A stretch of DNA of 64,000 nt from Candidatus Stammera capleta (GTDB lineage: Bacteria; Pseudomonadota; Gammaproteobacteria; Enterobacterales; Enterobacteriaceae). The stretch covers positions 198,902 to 262,901 of the forward strand of contig CP043978.1 of NCBI GenBank assembly GCA_015134355.1. Reading direction: 5' to 3'. Below, piece by piece: positions 59,465 through 64,000 of the stretch; position 1 is the stretch's first letter, and each line of letters starts with the position of its first letter. A program made the position numbers and the translations under genes. The notes beneath the pieces were generated by a model that made no database searches, was not told where the DNA came from, and was given only the letters and a program-made list of their open reading frames with translations.

Positions 59465-61168
59465 TTATATATTATAAAGTATTGGTATTCCTAATATTGA
59501 TAAACCTATTCTCAAAATTTTTGCTATTATAGATATTAATTTTAATTTACTTTTTTTAATTTTTTTATTTTTTATGTTTGATATATTTTCTTTTTCATAA
59601 TATTTTGAAAACAATGAACTAATTGTATATAAATATTTACATATTATATGAGGTTTACATTTTTTAGATGTATAAATAATTGTTTCTTCAAAATCTAATA
59701 TTTTTTTAGATATTTTATATTCTAATTCTGATGAAATATAAAATTTATTATTTTTTATTGATTTAGTTGTATTTGTTTTATTTTTTCTTAAAATTGATAT
59801 AATTCTTGTATAAGAATATTGTATATATGGACCTGTATTAGAATTTAAACATAATATTTTTTTAATATCAAATATATAGTTTGTTTTTCTATTTTTTGAT
59901 AATTCCATATATTTTATTGCTGATATAGTAATTTTTTTTGTAATTCTATTAATTTTTTGTTTATTATATATATTTTTTTTTGTTATTAATTTTTTAGATT
60001 TTTTATATATTAATTTTATTATTTTTTTAATTGTTAAATTATTTCCTTTCCTTGATTTTATTGGTTTACCTTTTTTATTTAAAATTAATCCAAAATAATA
60101 ATTTTTTATAGAAAAATTTTTAGGTATATATTTTGCTTTTTTACATATATAGAAAATTAATTTAAAGTATTCTTTTTGTCTATAATCAGTAAAATATATT
60201 ATTTTATTTATTTTAAATTTTTTATATCTATATTTAATAGAAGCTATATCTGTAGTACTATATAGAAATGCTTTATCTTTTTTTTGAATTATTAATGGAA
60301 AATTTTTTTTTGAAAATATAATTACTGATTTTTTATTTTTAATTGCTATTTTTTTTTTAAGTAAATCTTTAATTATTTTAAATAGCATATTATTATAAAA
60401 ACTTTCACCCATATTATTTTTAATTTTTAAATTAATATTTAGATAGTTATATATTTTTTGGTTTTCTTTTGTTGTTATTTTAACTATTTTTTTTCATATT
60501 TTTATTATGTCTTTTTTATTTTTTTGTAAATAAACTACGTTTTTTCTAGATTTTTTTGCAAATTTTTTATTATTTTTATATTTTTTATATGATAATTTAT
60601 ATATTTTTTCTATTATTTTTAAATTATTAATTTTATTTTTTAATTTAAATTTTTTTATTCATGTAATTATTATACCAAATTGTGTTCCTCAGTCTCCTAT
60701 ATGATTAATTTTTATAATTTTATTACCTAAAAAATTTAATATATTTGATATACAATCTCCTAAAATAGTTGATCTTAAATTTCCTATATGCATTTGTTTT
60801 ACTACATTAGGTGATGAATAATCGATTAGTATTTTTTTTTTTTTTTTTGATTTAATATTAAAATTTTTTTTTTTAGATATTATATTTATAATGTTTTCTA
60901 TATATTGTTTATTTAAGAATATATTTATAAAACCTGGATTAATTATTTTAATTTTATCAAATATTTTTTTTTTAATTAATTTTTTTTTTATTATTTTAAA
61001 TAATAAATTTATTTTAATTTTTTCTTTTTTTGATATTTCAATAATACCATTAATTTGATAGTCACTAAATTTATTATTGTTACATATTTTATAATTATAT
61101 TTTTTTTTTATATTTATAGTATTTAATATTTTTCTTATTTTTTTAATTATATATTTTTTAATATTCAT
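59465..61168 (-). CDS. argS: Arginine--tRNA ligase
   Basis: MNIKKYIIKKIRKIL...FSDYQINGIIEISKK and DYSSPNVVKQMHIGNLRSTILGD (HIGH region) are present. Pieces 60689..61168 and 59465..60412 share one frame and are joined through TGA. Length 567 aa. Confidence 0.9.
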
Positions 61169-61261
61169 TTTAAAAGATTTTAGAATTATTCTAATATATA
61201 TATTATAATATAATAATTGTTTTTTATTATTAAAATTTTAATAAATTAAAATTAAAATATT

Positions 61262-62935
61262 ATGATTAAAAATTATTGTAATTTATTATCTTATAAAGAT
61301 ATTAATAAAAATGTTAAGTTATGTGGTTGAGTACAAAATATACGTTTTTTAAAAAATATTATTTTTTTAGATTTTAAAGATTGTAGTGGTAATTTACAGT
61401 TAGTTATTTTAAATAATAATAAAAAATTATGAAATTTATCTAAAAGTTTAACTAATCAATCATGTATAAAAGTATATGGAAAAGTAAATAAAAAAGATTT
61501 TAATAGTATTGAAATTTTAGTAAATAAATTAATTATATTTAATTATTCTAAATTATTACCTTTAGATATTTTTAAAAAAAATTCTGAAAAAATAAAGTTT
61601 AAATATCGTTATTTAGATTTTAGAAATGATAAGGTACTTAAAATATTTAAAATAAGATCTAAAATTAATAATATTATACATAACTTTTTTAATAAAAGAA
61701 ATTTTCTTAATATAGAAACTCCTTTTTTAAATAAATCTTTTAATGAAGGTTCTAAAGATTTTTTAGTTCCTAGTAGTTTTCATATTGGAAAATATTATTC
61801 TTTACCTCAATCTCCCCAAATTTTTAAACAATTATTGATGATTGGTGGTATAGATAAGTATTATCAGATAGTTAAATGTTTTAGAGATGAAAATTTAAGA
61901 TCTGATAGACAACCGGAATTTACTCAGTTAGATGTAGAATTATCTTTTATTAAATTTAATTTTATTAAAAAGTTAATTAATAAATTAATTATTAAAATTT
62001 GATTAAATATTTTAAATGTTAATTTATCTAGAAAAATTAAGATTATTAAATATAATGATTGTTTAATAAGATATTGTACTGATAAGCCTGATTTAAGAAA
62101 TCCTATAGAATTTAAAAATGATATATATAAATTTCTTATTATTAATAAAATTTTAAATGATAATATTGATAATATAATTTTATATATATTAATATTAAAT
62201 AATAATTTAAAATTTAATTTAAATGATTTTATTATATTTTTATCAAATAAAAATTTATATGAAATTATATTTTTAAAAGTTAATGATTTTAAAAATTCTA
62301 AATTTATTTATGAATGATCTTATAATTATTGAAAATTAAGTGATGATTTAACTCAAAATTTATTATTTTATTTAAAATCTTCTATAAATTGTATATATTT
62401 TATATTAATAGGTAAAATTTTATTATATTCTTATTTATTAGAAATAAGAAATTTCTTTTGTAATTATTTTAAATTATTTAATAAAGAAAAATTTATTCCT
62501 TTATGAATTAAAGATTTTCCTATGTTTTATTATGATAAATTTAATAAAATAAATTCTTTTCATCATATTTTTACTAAACCTAAAATATTAAATATTAAAG
62601 AATTAGAATATTGTAATGATTATACTAAATTATTAGCTAATTCATATGATTTAGTAATTAATGGTTATGAAATTGGTAGTGGATCAGAAAGAATTAATGA
62701 TTATATTTTACAAAAAAAGATTTTTAGTATTTTAAAAATTAATAAAAATATTATGTATAAAGATTATGGATTTTTTATAAATTCTTTAAAGTATGGTACT
62801 CCTCCTCATATGGGTATTGGTATTGGATTGGATCGTATTATTATGTTATTAACTAATAAAGATAATATTAGGGAAGTAATAGCTTTTCCTAAGACTACAT
62901 CTGGTAAATGTTTTGTTACAGATGCTCCAGATTAA
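61262..62935 (+). CDS. aspS: Aspartate--tRNA ligase
   Basis: VKLCGW(TGA)VQNIRFL, YRYLDFRN, LPQSPQIFKQLLMIGGIDKYYQIVKCFRDENLRSDRQPEFTQLDVE, GSGSERIND and GTPPHMGIGIGLDRIIMLL are present. Length 557 aa. Confidence 0.9.
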
Positions 62936-62945
62936 TTTTAATTAT

Positions 62946-63437
62946 ATGAAAAGAAGAATAATAGGTATAGATCCTGGTACTTATTGTACAGGATATAGTG
63001 TTTTAGAAATTAATAATTTATATTTAAATAATTTAAATGATAATATATTTTTTGTTTCAAGTGGTTGTATAAAAAGTAATTCTAAAATTTTTTCTTTAAG
63101 ATTAAATAAGATTTATAATTATATATTTAATATATTTATTTTATTTAAACCTTTTGAATTAGCTATTGAAAAAACTTTTTTATTTAATAATTTGAATTCA
63201 AGTTTTAAATTAAATCAAGTTAATGCAATTATATCTTTAGCAGCTGTTAAAAATTTTATTCCTATTTATGAATATAATATTAATAAAATTAAAAATTCTG
63301 TATTTAAGAGAACGAATGTAAATAAAAAGTATATTAATGTATTTTTTAAGAAATTTTTTAATATAAAATCTAATTTAGATTTTAATATAACTGATTCTAT
63401 AGCTGTTGCTATGTGTCATATTAATTTAAATTATTAA
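62946..63437 (+). CDS. ruvC: Crossover junction endodeoxyribonuclease RuvC
   Basis: MKRRIIGIDPGTYCTGYSVL...SSGCIKS...LAIEKTF...ITDSIAVAMCH resembles E. coli MAIILGIDPGSRVTGYGVI...GSGCIRT...FAIEQVF...AADALAIAITH. The ORF-track start at 62913 is an artefactual extension into aspS. Confidence 0.8.
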   Translation: MKRRIIGIDPGTYCTGYSVLEINNLYLNNLNDNIFFVSSGCIKSNSKIFSLRLNKIYNYIFNIFILFKPFELAIEKTFLFNNLNSSFKLNQVNAIISLAAVKNFIPIYEYNINKIKNSVFKRTNVNKKYINVFFKKFFNIKSNLDFNITDSIAVAMCHINLNY

Positions 63438-63524
63438 TTTTAAATATTATTAAAAAATATTTGATTTAAATTTTATATATGATAATCTATTTATATATTA
63501 TATTTTATTTTAAAGGTAATATTG

Positions 63525-63737
63525 ATGTCTACAAGAGTAAAAGGTAATGTTAAATGGTTTAATGAATCTAAAGGCTTTGGTTTTATTACTCCAGTTAATG
63601 GTGATAAAGATGTTTTTGTTCATTTTTCAGCTATTCAAAGTAGTGGATTTAAAACTTTAACTGAAGGTCAATCTGTTGAATTTGAAATTACAAATGGTGC
63701 TAAGGGTCCTTCTGCTACAAATGTTGTTCCTTTATAA
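63525..63737 (+). CDS. cspE: Cold-shock-domain protein CspE-like
   Basis: [70 protein letters not shown] is very close to E. coli CspE ([69 protein letters not shown]). The Trp here is TGG. Confidence 0.9.
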   Translation: MSTRVKGNVKWFNESKGFGFITPVNGDKDVFVHFSAIQSSGFKTLTEGQSVEFEITNGAKGPSATNVVPL

Positions 63738-63805
63738 AATTAATATATAGTTAATTTTATATAATTTAAAGTTTTTTAAATTATATTTTAAATTTTATTT
63801 AATTA

Positions 63806-63874
63806 GTGAATTATTTAAATATAATAAATAACTTAAATTTTTTAAATTTAATTATATATATTTAAATAATTCAC
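63806..63874. repeat. Perfect 18-bp inverted repeat with a 33-nt spacer, downstream of cspE
   Basis: 63806-63823 GTGAATTATTTAAATATA is the exact reverse complement of 63857-63874 TATATTTAAATAATTCAC. The spacer itself contains a smaller palindrome (TAAATT...AATTTA). A T-rich tract follows. Confidence 0.6.
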
Positions 63875-64000
63875 ATTAATATTTATTAGTTTTTATTCAT
63901 TTTATTTTATTATTTTATTTTATTTAATTTATCAAATATTTTATTATTATATTAAGAAAAATTATAATTTTTATATTAAGTTTTATTATTTTATTAAATA

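Noticed and set aside
62913-62945. The ORF-track start of ruvC at 62913 (MLQMLQINFNY...) overlaps the end of aspS.
   Set aside because: Alignment with RuvC begins at MKRRIIGIDPG (ATG at 62946). The extension is simply open frame within the aspS 3' end.

Overview
This window is an extremely AT-rich (by eye about 10-15% G+C, not computed), very gene-dense piece of a highly reduced bacterial genome. Gene order is Enterobacterales-like (thrS-infC-rpmI-rplT-pheST, recC-recB-recD, sufBCDSE, rpmH-rnpA-yidC-mnmE, dnaA-dnaN-gyrB, rpsP-trmD-rplS, manXYZ). That fits an obligate, probably insect-associated endosymbiont, but the organism cannot be named without a database search.

The standard-code ORF track is misleading. 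Dozens of conserved genes are cut into same-frame pieces at TGA, and those TGA codons sit at conserved Trp positions of the orthologues. I therefore annotated with TGA=Trp (translation-table-4-like).

Read that way the window holds 60 apparently intact CDS and 4 tRNAs (Asn-GUU, Ser-GGA, initiator Met-CAU, Val-GAC). I found no rRNA, mobile elements, CRISPR arrays or clear pseudogenes. The content falls into these groups:
- Translation: seven aaRS genes (thrS, pheST, leuS, tyrS, lysS, argS, aspS), ribosomal proteins, infC, prfA-prmC, pth, and tRNA/rRNA modification enzymes.
- Replication: dnaA, dnaN, gyrB, gyrA, holA-like.
- Recombination and repair: recCBD, ruvC, ruvX, mutH.
- Fe-S assembly: sufBCDSE.
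- Envelope and secretion: murJ, yidC.
- A fermentative sugar module: manXYZ PTS, fbaA, eno, pykF, ldhA.
- A handful of poorly characterised conserved proteins.

I see no candidate novel defence or mobile system. The most interesting signals are:
- the UGA recoding, with only RF1 visible;
- erosion of aaRS proofreading (ThrRS lacks its editing half; LeuRS CP1 catalytic residues are replaced);
- a complete RecBCD plus MutH and RuvC retained in a genome this reduced;
- a strongly diverged DnaA;
- operon fusions created by deletion;
- a roughly 490 bp, ~98% A+T spacer;
- a few long hairpins.

All translations and alignments were done by eye against remembered E. coli sequences. Joined coordinates were checked for frame consistency and plausible termini, not by software.
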